Positions 1 through 12,780 of a stretch of 64,000 nt of DNA are shown here, piece by piece. The translations under genes and the position numbers were made by a program. The notes beneath the pieces were generated by a model. That model was not told the DNA's origin, ran no database searches, and saw only the letters and a list, made by a program, of their open reading frames with translations. This DNA is from the human T2T-CHM13v2.0 reference genome, Homo sapiens: the NCBI RefSeq assembly GCF_009914755.1, contig NC_060928.1. One strand, given 5' to 3'. Positions within the stretch are counted from its first letter, which is position 1. Each line of letters opens with the position of its first letter.

Positions 1-321
1 TCTTTTTAAAACTTAAGTCAGACCACATCACTCCACTGCTGAAGACCTCAAAATTTGGGGTACTTTGTTCTAGCAGCCTGAATGGACAAAGACATCTGCC
101 TAGAATCTGCCTGGAAACAGCTTCCCACTGCACTCAGACCAAAAGCCCAAGTCCTTGATGGTTTACAAGGCCCTACGTGGCTCCGCCGCCAGCCTCCTCT
201 CTGATAGCGTCTCCTATTCCCCTCCTCCTCGCTCACTTGCTCCAGCCACGGTGGCCTCCTTGCTGTTCTTAGGAAACAAGCAATGCTCCCATCTCAGGGC
301 CTTTGTACCTGCTGCCTCCTT
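1..321 (+). mobile_element. L2 LINE fragment (resumes after 1164)
   Basis: L2 3'-region phrases: tttacaaggccct, tccagccacggtggcctccttgctgttc, ctcagggcctttgtacctgctg. Confidence 0.7.
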
Positions 322-1164
322 TGCTACAGTGGTTGAAAGTTTGTGTCTTCCCCAAATTCAGCTGTTGAAATCCTAGGCCCAAGGTGATGGTTTTAGGAGT
401 GGGGCCTTTGGGAGGCGAGGAGGTCGTGAGGACGGAGCTCACACTGATGGGATTAGTATCCTTATAAAAGCAGCCTGAGGGGGTGTGTTTGCTCTTTCCA
501 CTGTGAACAGAAAATATCTTGGGCCCCTCAAATCACTAAGGAAAACTCCAGCTGGAAAGTGCTTAGGGCAAACCTGCCTCCCATCTACTCAAAGTGATCC
601 CTCTGCTCACTGAGATAGATGCGTATCTAATTGCCTCCTTCGGAAAGCTAATAACAAGCTCAAAATAATGCAACCCTTTGTGTCTCGCCTATCTGTGACC
701 TGGAAGCTCCCTCCCTCCCGGCTTGGAGTCTTCCTGTCTTTGCTTCAAGTCGTCCCACTTTTCCTGACCAAACCAATGTACTTCTTACATATATTGATTG
801 ATGTCTCATGGCTCCCTAAAATGTATAAAACCACGCTGTGCCCGGACCCCCTTGGGCGTTTGTCGTCAGGACGCGCCCTCCTGAGGCTGTGTCCCAGGCA
901 CGCATCCTCAACCTTGGCAAAATAAACTTTCTAAATTAACTGAGACCCGTCTCAGATGTTCTGGGTTCACATCACCATGCCAGGCGACACAGTGGGAAGT
1001 CAGCAGTCCGCAGCCTCGGAGAAGGGTCCTCATCAGAACGCGACCATGCTGGCACCCTGATCTTATACTTCCCAACCTCCAGCATTGTAAAGAATAAGTG
1101 TATCTTGTTTATAAGCTGCCCAGTTTATGGTATTTTGTTAAAACAGCCTGAAGAGAATAAGACA
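322..1164 (+). mobile_element. MLT1A-like MaLR LTR split by MER4A
   Basis: Begins tgctacagtggttgaaagtttgtgtc...ccaaattca and ends ggtattttgtt...taagaca. The two halves join at tttccac|catg. Confidence 0.8.
502..971 (+). mobile_element. MER4A-type ERV1 solo LTR
   Basis: TG...CA termini (tgtgaacagaaaatatcttgggcccc ... ctgggttcaca), tgtataaaa and aataaa motifs, 4-bp TSD ccac/tcac. Confidence 0.85.
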
Positions 1165-2084
1165 TCTGCCTAGAACACTCTTTCTCCAAATAGGCACACG
1201 GCTTCTTCTCTCGACTCTTTGAGGTCTTTGTCAAATGCCCTTTCTTCCCAAGGTTGCTGCCTTCTTGGGATGTTTAAAATGACTTCTTGTTTGAGCCTCT
1301 CCAGAAAGCAGAGTCTGAGGCTGGGATTGCAGTGTTAATGCTTCATTTGGGAGGTGCAAGCCCCGGGTGGTGAGGATGAGGGGGAGGGGACCCACATGTT
1401 CCCAGTTGCATAATGAACTGCGATGACCATCCCCAAAGCACTCAGCCATTGGGTCTGTGCAGCACACAGGAATCCTGCAAGTGTTCGCAGGCAGGGATCA
1501 CATTTGGGAGGCGTCCACAGGTGACAGCACACGGCGGGGGATGCATCTGTCCAGCTCTGTCATCCCCTGTTTCTCACTGGTCAAGTTTCACCTCCAGGGA
1601 GCAAATTCACCTGCAGGCCGGGGTCATTTTCTCCAGCACCTGGCTGGCCCTTCGGCAGGCAGTGGGTGTGATGTTTTATCCAAGTGTGCAAGTGCAGGGC
1701 GACACAGGTGGGTGTCGACTGAGAGGGAGGGAGGAGACAGGCCAGGGAATTAGAGACCCAGTTGTCTTCACCCCACTCCCACCCTGCCCCCACCGCCTCC
1801 CTTACCTGCTTTTTGGCTTAGAACCTGGGGTCTGACATGCTCTAGGGTTTTATTGATTCTCCACTGATTGTCCCTCTCCCTGCACTGCTCAGTTTCTTCT
1901 GTATTCACGGCCTCATTCCCTGTGGTTATGACTATGCTTAACATGTCCCTGGCACTCGAGAAATATCTGCTCAATGAAAAAATGAAAGAGGACTCTTTGC
2001 GGCTGACGCTCCGACGCTCCTTTTTGGAATGGCAGTGTCAGTGCTGTAGGATTACATGTTTTTCTCTATGAGTCTAATGCCGTT

Positions 2085-2380
2085 TCTTTTCTTTTTCAGA
2101 GACAGGGTCTTGCTCTGTCTCCCAGGCTGGAGTACAGTGGTACAATCACAGCTCACTGCAGCCTCGATCTACCGTGCTCAATTGATCCTCCCACCTCAGC
2201 CTTCAGAGTAGCTGGGACTACGGGTACACACCACCACGCCTGGCTAATTAAATTTTTTTTTTCTTTTCTTTTTTTTGCAGAGATAAGGTCTTGCTATGTT
2301 GCTTAGGCTGGTCTTGAACTCCCGGCCTCAAGTCGCCTTGGCCTCCCAAAGTTTACAGGTGTGAGCCAACACACCTGGCT
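2085..2380 (-). mobile_element. AluJ-like
   Basis: Dimeric Alu reverse complement with J-type gctcactgcagcctc. Confidence 0.9.
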
Positions 2381-3164
2381 GCTATTTCTTGGTTCCATGC
2401 ACCAGATAACATTAATTTAACCATATCCTGATGAGCGCCATGTGTTGGGTTCCATGGTTTAGAATCTCCTCCTAGACAAAGTACACAAGACTTCACTGGA
2501 ATTAGGAGGCAGAGGGTGAATGTTTAACCTAGAGGTTGTAAAATAAATACGTGTGTCTGTGTGTGTGGGGGGGTTAAACATCTGGGAGGATCAACACTCA
2601 CACGTTCACAGTGGCTGGACTGGGGAGTGGGGGGCGCTTTAACTCTATACATTTCTTTATATACCTCTATATTGTCAGGGTTTTTTTCTAACAAGCATGC
2701 ATTCCTTTTACATTAAGTATTTTGTTTTTAAATAGAAAAAGAAAAGCCCAATTTGAAGATCTGGAAGAATCAATGTCAGTTCTGAGGCCAGTCCAAGCCC
2801 TGGAGTCTGAGGCTGCAGAGAAGACCAGGGCAGAGCGGCCCGGCCAGGCCCGCCTTGGGGCTGCTGCGTCTCAGGGGCAGGGGGTGCTGCCCCAGAGGGA
2901 GGCTGGCTGGAACCAGAGCTTGCTTTCCAGTCAGCACAGGGGGATCACTGCCAGCCTCGCCACTCCATCGGCTGCTGCTGCTGAAAGAGGACAGTGTTGC
3001 AGGCCGGCACAAGGCTGGATGTAGAGAATCCAGGACGCCCGTTTCCCGGGAACTGGCACATATCTCTAGAGTGGCTGCTGCCAGGGTGGTGATGTGCCCT
3101 TGGAGTCAGAAGTACTGGGGCTGTTAACTGTGTGTGTGTGATCCTGGACGAGTCACTTTATGCC

Positions 3165-3195
3165 TTCATTCATTCATTCATTCATTCATTCATTC
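3165..3195 (-). repeat. (TTCA)n, L2 3' tail
   Basis: Tetramer run followed by L2-like antisense sequence. Confidence 0.75.
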
Positions 3196-3685
3196 TTTCT
3201 TCAATCCCTGAAGGTCTACTTTACACCGAGCCCTGTAATGGGCACCATGAGTGAGGGATGCATAAGATGCGGCCCCTGCTTTCAGGGGGCTCCCAGGCTA
3301 GTGGGGGAGACAGACTTGCAAATGGGAAGTGCTCAGAGCCATCCAGTGGGTGCCAGTCTCCCACCTGGTGGCAATGCCCAGGCCAGCTGTTCTAGAGGGC
3401 AGGCGCTCAGTGACCTCTGTCTGCACTCAGGACAGGGAATCAAGACTCAGGAATCAGGGCAGAATTCCTGGAGGAGGTGGCAGCTGAACTGAGTCTTTGT
3501 GGAGTTAGAGAGTCCAATGTGGGAGGAGGGGTGCGTGCCGGGAAATGAGGAGGCGGCTTAGAGGAGGGGAAGCTGTGCTCAGGAACGGCTTTGTCACTGG
3601 CCTGGGTGGTGGGGGCAGTAAATGAGGTGAGGCGTGGAAAGGCCAGCCCAGGGCAGGGCTTGGTGCATGGGTCAGCCCCGCCGCA

Positions 3686-3928
3686 GCAAAGCGCCTGTAC
3701 TCCCAGCTACTCAGGAGGCTGAGGGGGGAGGATCGCCTGAGCCTGGGAGGTCAAGGATGCAGTGAGCCCCAGCAGTAGGGCCATGAGCTTTGCCACCAGG
3801 CCCAGCTATAATACTTTGTTTTTTGTATTTTTTGTAGAGATGGGGTCTCACTATGTTATCCAGGCTGGTCTCAAACTCCTGGGCTCCCAAACTGCTGGGA
3901 TTACAGGCATGAGCTACTGCATCTGGCC
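3686..3928. mobile_element. Rearranged AluJ (inverted right-arm piece plus antisense left arm)
   Basis: 3686-3768 is sense Alu right arm; 3787-3928 is antisense Alu linker and left arm. Confidence 0.85.
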
Positions 3929-4314
3929 ACCTGGGTGTTTTAAAGGGAGAATGATGGGATGGGAGAGGGTGAGCAGAGGCTCAGCAGAGCCAGAGAGTGA
4001 AACATTACAGAAAGCAGATGGGGGTCAGTCCCTGTGAAATCCGCCTGAGTCTGCAAGCTGGTGCCCATTGAAGTCAGGTTCCTGCCCTCCCCATGGGCTG
4101 GGGGACGGGGCTGTATCTCTGGGCATGGCAGGAGCCAACAGCAGATTCTTCTGGCAGCTTTGAGTTTCTCAGGCAGGCACTTTCAGGGAGCTGGCACCAT
4201 CCTAGGGATGTGGCCTTGAGCTGTCAGAAACCATGTGGGAGGTTATATTTTTGTTGGCCAAGACTGAAGCCTGCTTGAGAAGAGGGTTTGGAGGGCCTGG
4301 CTGGAGTGTGGTTA

Positions 4315-4631
4315 GGGAGAGAGCCTTTTCCAGGCGCCTCTCCTGGCTGTTCCTGGTTGCTGGCAATCCCTGGTGCTTTGTAGCTTCTGTATCCCTGATC
4401 CCTGCTTTCCTCTTCACACGGCGCTCTCCCTGTGTGTGTATCTGTGTCCAGATATCCCCTTTTTATCAGGGCACCTGTCCTGTCACATTAGCGGCCACCC
4501 TCCTCCAGGGTGACCTCATCTTAACTCATTACATCTGCCACGATTCTATTTCCAAATAAGGTCCCATTCTGCAGTACCAGGGCTTAGCGCTTTAGCGTAT
4601 GGATTTGGGGGTACACAGTTCAACCGTAACA
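4315..4631 (-). mobile_element. MLT1C-like MaLR LTR fragment
   Basis: gacctcatcttaact...tttccaaataaggtc...acacagttcaaccgtaaca terminus. Confidence 0.75.
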
Positions 4632-4637
4632 GGCAGT

Positions 4638-4940
<303 letters not shown>

Positions 4941-6114
4941 GCGAGTTATTATTTTTAACCTCACTGCTTCATTAGCATTTCCATCCCACCACGCCGACCC
5001 TCTGTGAAGACTGGAAAGGAGGGATATCCTTGGTGCCATGCTGAGGCCTCTTAGGGAGTGGAGGAAGAAGGGTGAGCTGAGGGCCCCAGCTCGGGCCTGT
5101 TTTTATCTCCATGTCCCGGGAAGTCTCGGCCTCCCTGACACCCTTTTTCTCATGGGAGCATGGAGCTCACAGCAATCCCTCCTGTCCTTTCCCCTGTGAC
5201 AGCCCTGTTCGCGTGATTGTGGATGGGCTTTGTGACCTGCACAGCGCTGATTCTGGCTTGACGGCCACCACAGCCTCGTAAGGGGAGGCCGCAGTTGCGA
5301 GGAAGGGGATGTGCTTAGTTTGTGTTCATGGTTTTACCAGGGTACTAACGGCTGGCGCTGAAAGCTCTTCCTGGGGGATTCTGTTTCGGATTAAACATAA
5401 GCACAGTTTCGTCACTGAGAACAGTTGTAAGAATGACTGCAGGAGAGATGATCAGGAAACCAGGTGGGCGAAGCCCACATTCTGCCTAAGAATAAATTAT
5501 CTGAGCTGTCTCTGGTGAGAATAGACCCTCAAAGGTTTCCAGAACAGAGAGGTGTGGTCCACTTGCTGTGTAGACCAGAAGTAGCTCACACCACGGTTCC
5601 CGTGTTAGCACACCTGCTGCAGCTGCATGAACGGGCTCCTTAGGGGCTTCATCTGTAACTCATGGCACATGAAACACGCTGAAGTGTTCCTGAGGGTTTC
5701 CCACACCTGAGGCGGCGTGCTGGAGTCAGAACATGGATTCTCTGCCGGGAAAACTGGATAGCCACCTGCAGAAACATAAAACGATACCCTGATCACTCAC
5801 CATACACAAAAATCAACTCACAACAGATCAAAGACTTAAATATAAGACCTGAAACTACAACTAGAAGAAACTACTAGAAGAAAACAGGGGAAATGCTTCA
5901 TGACATTGGTCTGGACAAGGGTTTTTTTGGATAAGAACCGGAAAGCACAGGCTACAAAAGCAAAAATAGACAAGAGGGGTGACATCAAACTAAAAAGCTT
6001 CTGCACAGCAGAGGAAACAATCAACAGAATGATGGGATAACCTATAGAATGAGAGAGAATATTTGCAAACCGTACATCTGATAAAAGGTTAATATCCAAA
6101 ATACATAAGGTGAT

Positions 6115-6392
6115 GGCTGGGTGTGGTGGCTCATGCCTGTAATCCCAGCACTTTGGGAGGCCGAGGCAGGCGGAGCACAAGGTCAGGAGTTCGAGACCAG
6201 CCTGACCAACATGGCGAAACCACATCTCTATTAAAAATACAAAAATTAGCCGGGTGTGGTAGCACGTGCCTGTAATCCCAGACTCAGGAGGCTGAGGCAG
6301 GAGAATTGCTTGAACCCAGAAGGCAGAGGTTGCAGTGAGGCAAGGTCATGCCACTGTACTCCAGCCTGGGCGACAGAGTGAGACTCTGTCTC

Positions 6393-6421
<29 letters not shown>
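6115..6421 (+). mobile_element. AluS
   Basis: Full dimer with (AAAAC)n tail. Confidence 0.92.
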
Positions 6422-6424
<3 letters not shown>

Positions 6425-6464
6425 AACATGCCGAAGTAGCAGAAAAGTGGTCACTAGAGGCTAG

Positions 6465-6866
<402 letters not shown>

Positions 6867-7365
6867 TGAATGTTCTCACCACAAAGAAATGGATGAGGTA
6901 TGATGAAATGTATGAGATGCTCGATATGATATATCCCCTGATTGGATCATCACATATTGTATATGTGTAGCAAAACATCCCACCGTACCCCATACAATGT
7001 ACAACTACTATGTGCCAATTAAATACAACAGAAAAAGAACATGGACTCCCTACTGCCCAGGGGCCAAGAGTGCAAGGGCTTCTGGGTGAGGAGGAAGGAA
7101 GCAAGGCTTTGCCTGCTTGGAGCATGTTTCCTTCCTGGGCCCCTGTCCGGTATTTCCTTCCTGGTTTTCTCCTGGGACAAGAGGGTTGGATTGGAAAGCT
7201 TCTCACTGCCTGTTTGCCTTCTGTGCATTTGTTTCATATTTGAATGTGGTTTGGAGTTGAACAGGCCTGAGCTCCAATCTCAGATCTGCTGTGTGACTTG
7301 ATGGATAAGTCACTGAATGTCTCACTTCTCACCTGTGAGGAGGGGACATTGGACAACAGCTGATT

Positions 7366-7838
7366 AGGGCTGTGAGGAGGTGACTCCAGGTGAGGGTGAC
7401 ACGAGGGCTGTGAGGAGGTGACTCCAGGTGAGGGTGACACGAGGGCTGTGAGGAGGTGACTCCAGGTGAGGGTGACGTGAGCAGGTGACTCCAGGTGAGG
7501 GTGACTCGAGGGCTGTGAGGAGGTGACTCCAGGTGAGGGTGACGTGAGCAGGTGACTCCAGGTGAGGGTGACACGAGGGCTGTGAGGAGGTGACTCCAGG
7601 TGAGGGTGACGTGAGCAGGTGACTCCAGGTGAGGGTGACACGAGGGCTGTGAGGAGGTGACTCCAGGTGAGGGTGACGTGAGCAGGTGACTCCAGGTGAG
7701 GGTGACACGAGGGCTGTGAGGAGGTGACTCCAGGTGAGGGTGACGTGAGCAGGTGACTCCAGGTGAGGGTGACACGAGGGCTGTGAGGAGGTGACTCCAG
7801 GTGAGGGTGACGTGAGGGCTGTGAGGAGGTGACTCCAG
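7366..7838 (+). repeat. VNTR: 38/29-bp monomers forming a 67-bp higher-order repeat
   Basis: 13 full and 1 partial copy of core AGGTGACTCCAGGTGAGGGTGAC, with linkers ACGAGGGCTGTGAGG (long) or GTGAGC (short). Confidence 0.97.
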
Positions 7839-8525
7839 CTAAGTTTGACTAATGGGTGCCTCAGAGATGGCATCCAGAAACAGCCAGCCTTTAACACTTG
7901 AAAGCACGCCCTTGAGAAGAGAGGTTTGACTTTCCTTTCTGTATCTGAAACTTGCCTTCCGTGGCTGCCGCCAGTTGGGAAAACAATTCGCCCTTCTGCA
8001 GGAACGTCCCGAGTGTGAATCTCGGCCTTTGTGATCCAGCTGTCTCGCCCGATGCCCTCCTCCTGCTTGGGCAGACACACAGGCTCGCAAGGCCGGTTCT
8101 GGAGGCCCTGGCTGCCCCGCCTGTAATGGCTCCAGCAGGAGACCCCCACAACTGCCCCCTGTTGCTCAGTCTGCGCTCATACAGGGCAAATGGATGCAAA
8201 CTGAGCTGTGCAGTGTGGTGGGACCCTACCTCACAGGTGGGGTGTCGAATGAGAGCTGCCAGCCTCCATGCAACGTTCAGGTGACAGGCCCAGCTGAGCT
8301 CTGGGCTCAGGTGCACACTGGGGTGTAAAACTACAAGGCTTCACAGCCAGGGTCCTGGTCCCCTCTGGGGCTGAGGAGCAGGAGGTGCGTCCGAGGCCTC
8401 TGGGGGCGGGGGAGGGTGTTTCTGGACCTGGGTGGCGGTCCCGGCTGCATGGGCCAATGCTTCATGGTCATTGGGAAGCCGGGCACGTCTGTCTCATGTG
8501 CATGTTTGTGTGTGTATTATATTGT

Positions 8526-8971
8526 GTTGTGGGTTCAGATGTGGTCTCACCCCCAAATTCATGTGTTAAAGTCCTAACACCCAGGACATCAGCATGTGAC
8601 CTTATCTGGAGACACAGTCTTTACAGATGATCAAGTTAAAGGTCATTAGGGCAGACTTAATCCAGTATGCCTGGTGTCCTTATAAAAAGGCAGACTTTGC
8701 ACACAGAGACACACACGGAGAATGCCGTGTGCAGGTGAAGGCAGAGGTGGGGTGAGGCTTCCACAAGCCAAGGAACTCCAAGGGCGGCCACCAAAGCACC
8801 TGAAGCCAGGGGAGAGGCCTGGGACAGAGTCCCCTTGCAGCCTGAGATGGAATCCACCCTGCCCATGCCTGGATCTCAGACTCCTGGCCTCCAGAACTGT
8901 GAGAGAATACCTTTCTGATGTTGAAGCCACCAAGGCTGTGGGACTTTGTTACAGTGGCCTCAGGATACATA
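8526..8971 (+). mobile_element. MLT1C-like MaLR LTR
   Basis: tgttgtgggtt...ccaaattcatgtgtt...ggcctccagaactgtgagagaata...tttgttacag. Confidence 0.8.
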
Positions 8972-9584
8972 AAAAGTCTTGCATTCAAATCTCGGGCCGG
9001 GTACTTTGATTTAAATCGGGGTGGACAATGGAACCGAGGTCCCAAACCTGAATTCCCTGGGTCATTCTCTTGACCACCTCTTTTGGTCTGCGAAGCTCCG
9101 AAAAGAAGTTTTGCTCCCGAGGGAAAGGCCACGATGCAGTAGAAGCGACACTCACTGGTGAGTCCTGGTTCAGGCTTACCCCATGCCCTGGAGTTCTGAT
9201 CTGGGGAATTTGAGGCTGCTGTCTTAGCGGCCCCCAGTGACATGAGGGGTGGCGCAGACTGTGTCTCACAGGGCATTAAGCAAAGTTCTTAATAAGGGCC
9301 TTTTATGGAGCAGTGGGAATGAGACCTGCCAGGCTTGGCTGGGAGTCTATCAGGCCCTCAACATGGGCTGTGGTGGCAGCAGCCACCTCATAGTGTCGTG
9401 TACAGCCATCTATTACCATGTAGGGTTCAGGCATTGCTGGCTCAGCCCGGACATCCCCGCACTCCTCGGCTGGGGCAGCAGCACGGTTGGTGACCAGGCC
9501 TGGCTGCAGGTCCTGAAGGGAGAAGGGCCTGGCTTCGTCCCAGCTCACCCTTGCTGACTGTGCTGCTCCTGTCAAGTTCCTTCA

Positions 9585-9760
9585 TGTCAGTTTCCTGCAG
9601 CTGCCACACAAAGCACCACAGACCCGGGGTCTTGAACAACAGGAATTTATTTTCCTGCAGTTTTGGAAGCCAGAAGCCCCAAGTCGAGGTGACGGCAAGG
9701 TTGGTCCCTGTGGAGGGCTGCGAGGAAGGCCTCATTCCTGGCTTGCGCTTCTCCTTCTTG
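9585..9760 (-). mobile_element. MLT1 LTR fragment
   Basis: aacaacaggaatttatt...cagttttggaagccagaag MaLR 3'-end signature. Confidence 0.65.
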
Positions 9761-11965
9761 GCCTGCAGCTCCTGTCCGGCGGCCCCTCCTATAGCAACAG
9801 ATTGCCCTGTTTTCCAGGAACAGGCCCCTCCCTTTGCCCCTTCAGGCCTAGAAGTGGTGTCGTCTCCTCCTGCTGACCTGGAGAGCTTCATCTGCCCCTG
9901 AGGCTTCCTGGAAGCCAGCCCACGTGGGTGCAAAAGTCCATCCCGTGAACCGTCTCCATTGCCCCTCTGAGTGAGGCACACAGGCAGCCTTGCAGGTTTT
10001 TCCTGAATGCACAATGATTCTGGAATTACCCAGTGCCCAGCTTGGTGCTTGGCTTAGAAAGTGTGCAGCCAGTGTTCCCTGAATCAAATTCAAGATTTTC
10101 AAAGGGCCTGAGGTCCTTTGGATGAAAGCATTTAAAAAGTGCAAAGGTGTGTGATTATGCACACATCATTCATCTGGGGAGTCTTGGAATTGCAGCTGGC
10201 AGGAGCTCCCTGGCTTTCTGGAGTCTTGTTTGTTTTCTGTAATGAGAGCAAATGCCCTCTCGTGGCCTGGCCTGAGTTTCCTTTACCGGCGCTTTTCTAT
10301 ATGATCAACATTACATGAGTAGGGTTGGGGCAAATCTACCTGAGGATAAAAATGCCTGGAAGCCCAAGGGAAAAGAGCAAGTCTGGGTTTGGCTTCCCAG
10401 AATGTTGCAGGGTCGGGGTGGATTGCAGGCAGCCACTCCTGGCACTGGCCTAGAAGGTGACACTTCTTGGAGAGAAGAGGAATGAGGTAGTGATGGAGGC
10501 TGCGAAGGCACAGAATCACTCACCAATGTGCCAGGTGAACAGCCCCAGAGACCCTTTCTGAAGGCTACTGGGGGCGAGCCTCTCCCTGCCTCAAGAACCC
10601 GCTGTGGCTCCCCACTGCCTGTAGAGTAAGGCCTGAAGCCTTCAGAACCCTCCCAGCCCATCTCGCCAGCCTCACGCCCACTGTGCCACTCCCTGCCCAC
10701 TGCACAGCAAACCCCTCCCTGAATTATTTACGGTTTCCTAAATTTATGGTGCCGTTCCACCCCTGAGCCTTTGTGCTGTGGGCTCAGCTTGTGATGCTGT
10801 CGCTTGCAATTAAACTAATCTCAACATATAGAAAAATGTCAAGGGTAAAAGAAAGAACAGCTCACTCCTTTGTAAGTGAGTGACTGAGAGCTTCCAGAGG
10901 GAAGGCACTGACCCTGGGACCTGAGTTCTGGAATCAGGGATAAGGCCTTGCTCTCTGTGGCTGCCCAGTGCCCCTACTGATCCGGCTGCCTTCTTGGTGG
11001 GCCAGACCCTGGTGAGAACCCCTAGATTTGGAGTCAGGCAGGCGTGGGATCCAACCCCAGCTCTGCCACTTGAGAGCAATGGGGCCCTGAGTCAGTCCCT
11101 TTTGGAACCTCAGTCTCTTCATCTGTGAAATGGTGGTGCTGATGCCTGCCACACAAGACCCAAGGAGGTGACTGGTGTCAAGAGGTGGCATGAAGGCCAG
11201 CACACAGGACTTGCTCAGTCAATGGTTCTTGTGATTTTAGGGCTGGTGTTTGGCAGTAGAGCGTGACTCCTGTGTCTGTCTTGGGGCAGATTTTAGGGGA
11301 CTTGCTTTGCAAAGTCATGGTAGTAAGATCCTTGAATCGGAGGTTGGCCTATGAACTAATGATAATCCGCTTAGCTAGATTTCAGTCTCCTCCAGTCCGC
11401 CTGGACTTAAGAGATGGTCTGTTCCTATCTGTTCCCAGAACCTATGATGGGGCTGAACTTGCAGGTGGCAGCCAGAGACCCCCATGCTGAACTCAGTTCC
11501 ATAAAAATCTATGAAGGCTATTCTGTGTGATCATGAAGGGGCATAACTCCCAGGCTGTGTCCTGGGGCAGCTCGTGGTCCAGTGGGAGAGACAGACATGC
11601 AAACAGACAGTGACAACATAGAGAGATGGGACCTGCAGGAGGCTGCAGGAAGTGGTGGTGGTGGGGAGAAGCGTGAACCTGGTCAGGATGTGAGTGGTCA
11701 CGGCAGACTTCCCGGAGGAAGTGATGTTGAATGAGCATCAATTTTAAAAGCAGAGTAGGGAGGAATTAAACAGGGCAAAAGAGCAGGGCAATGCAAGCAA
11801 AATAATTACCCAAGAACTACCGCAGGACGTGGAGGCGGTGGGAGAGGGATGGTGGGAACCTCAGCACTTTAGTGTTGGACAAGTCACTTCTTTTTACCTG
11901 TACGACTTCCAGGTGAGCAGATCAGAGAAAGGATAATGTTCTCCAGTTGAGAAAGAAAGCGTCCT

Positions 11966-12285
<320 letters not shown>

Positions 12286-12370
12286 TTAGGGCAGGATTGA
12301 GACTGGAAGCCACTTCTCCAGTTGTCTCTAAGGCAGGCTGAGCAAACAGACCCCGATTCAAACTTCAGAT

Positions 12371-12780
12371 TGTCTTAGTCTCCTAGAGCTGCCATAACAA
12401 AACCCCACTGATGGAGTGGCCTAAACAACAGACATGTATTTATTACAGTTCTGGGGGCTGGAAGTATGAGATCAGGGCACCAGCATGGTCAGCTCCAGCG
12501 AGGGCTCGCTTCCTGGCTTGCAGACAGCTGCCTTCTTACTGCATCTTCACATGGTAGAGAGAGAGAGAGAGAGTGGCAGAAAGCAAGAGAGCATGAGCAA
12601 GCTCTCTGGAGTCTCTTCTTACAAGGCAGCAATCCCATCAGATCAGGACCCCACACTCATGACCCCTTCTAACTCTAATCACCTCCCAAAGGCCCCATTT
12701 CCAAACACCATCCCCTTGAGTATTTGGGTTAGAATTTCAGCATATGAACTTTGGGGGCCACAAATGTTCAGTCTATAACA
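12371..12780 (-). mobile_element. MLT1A-like MaLR LTR
   Basis: tgtcttagtc...gctgccataacaaa ... ttcagtctataaca termini. Confidence 0.8.

Noticed and set aside
7366-7838. Repeat-spacer pattern resembling a CRISPR array, and the 135-261 aa ORFs across it
   Set aside because: The spacers are only two recurring short sequences, there are no cas genes, and the context is primate DNA. The ORFs are translations of the repeat.
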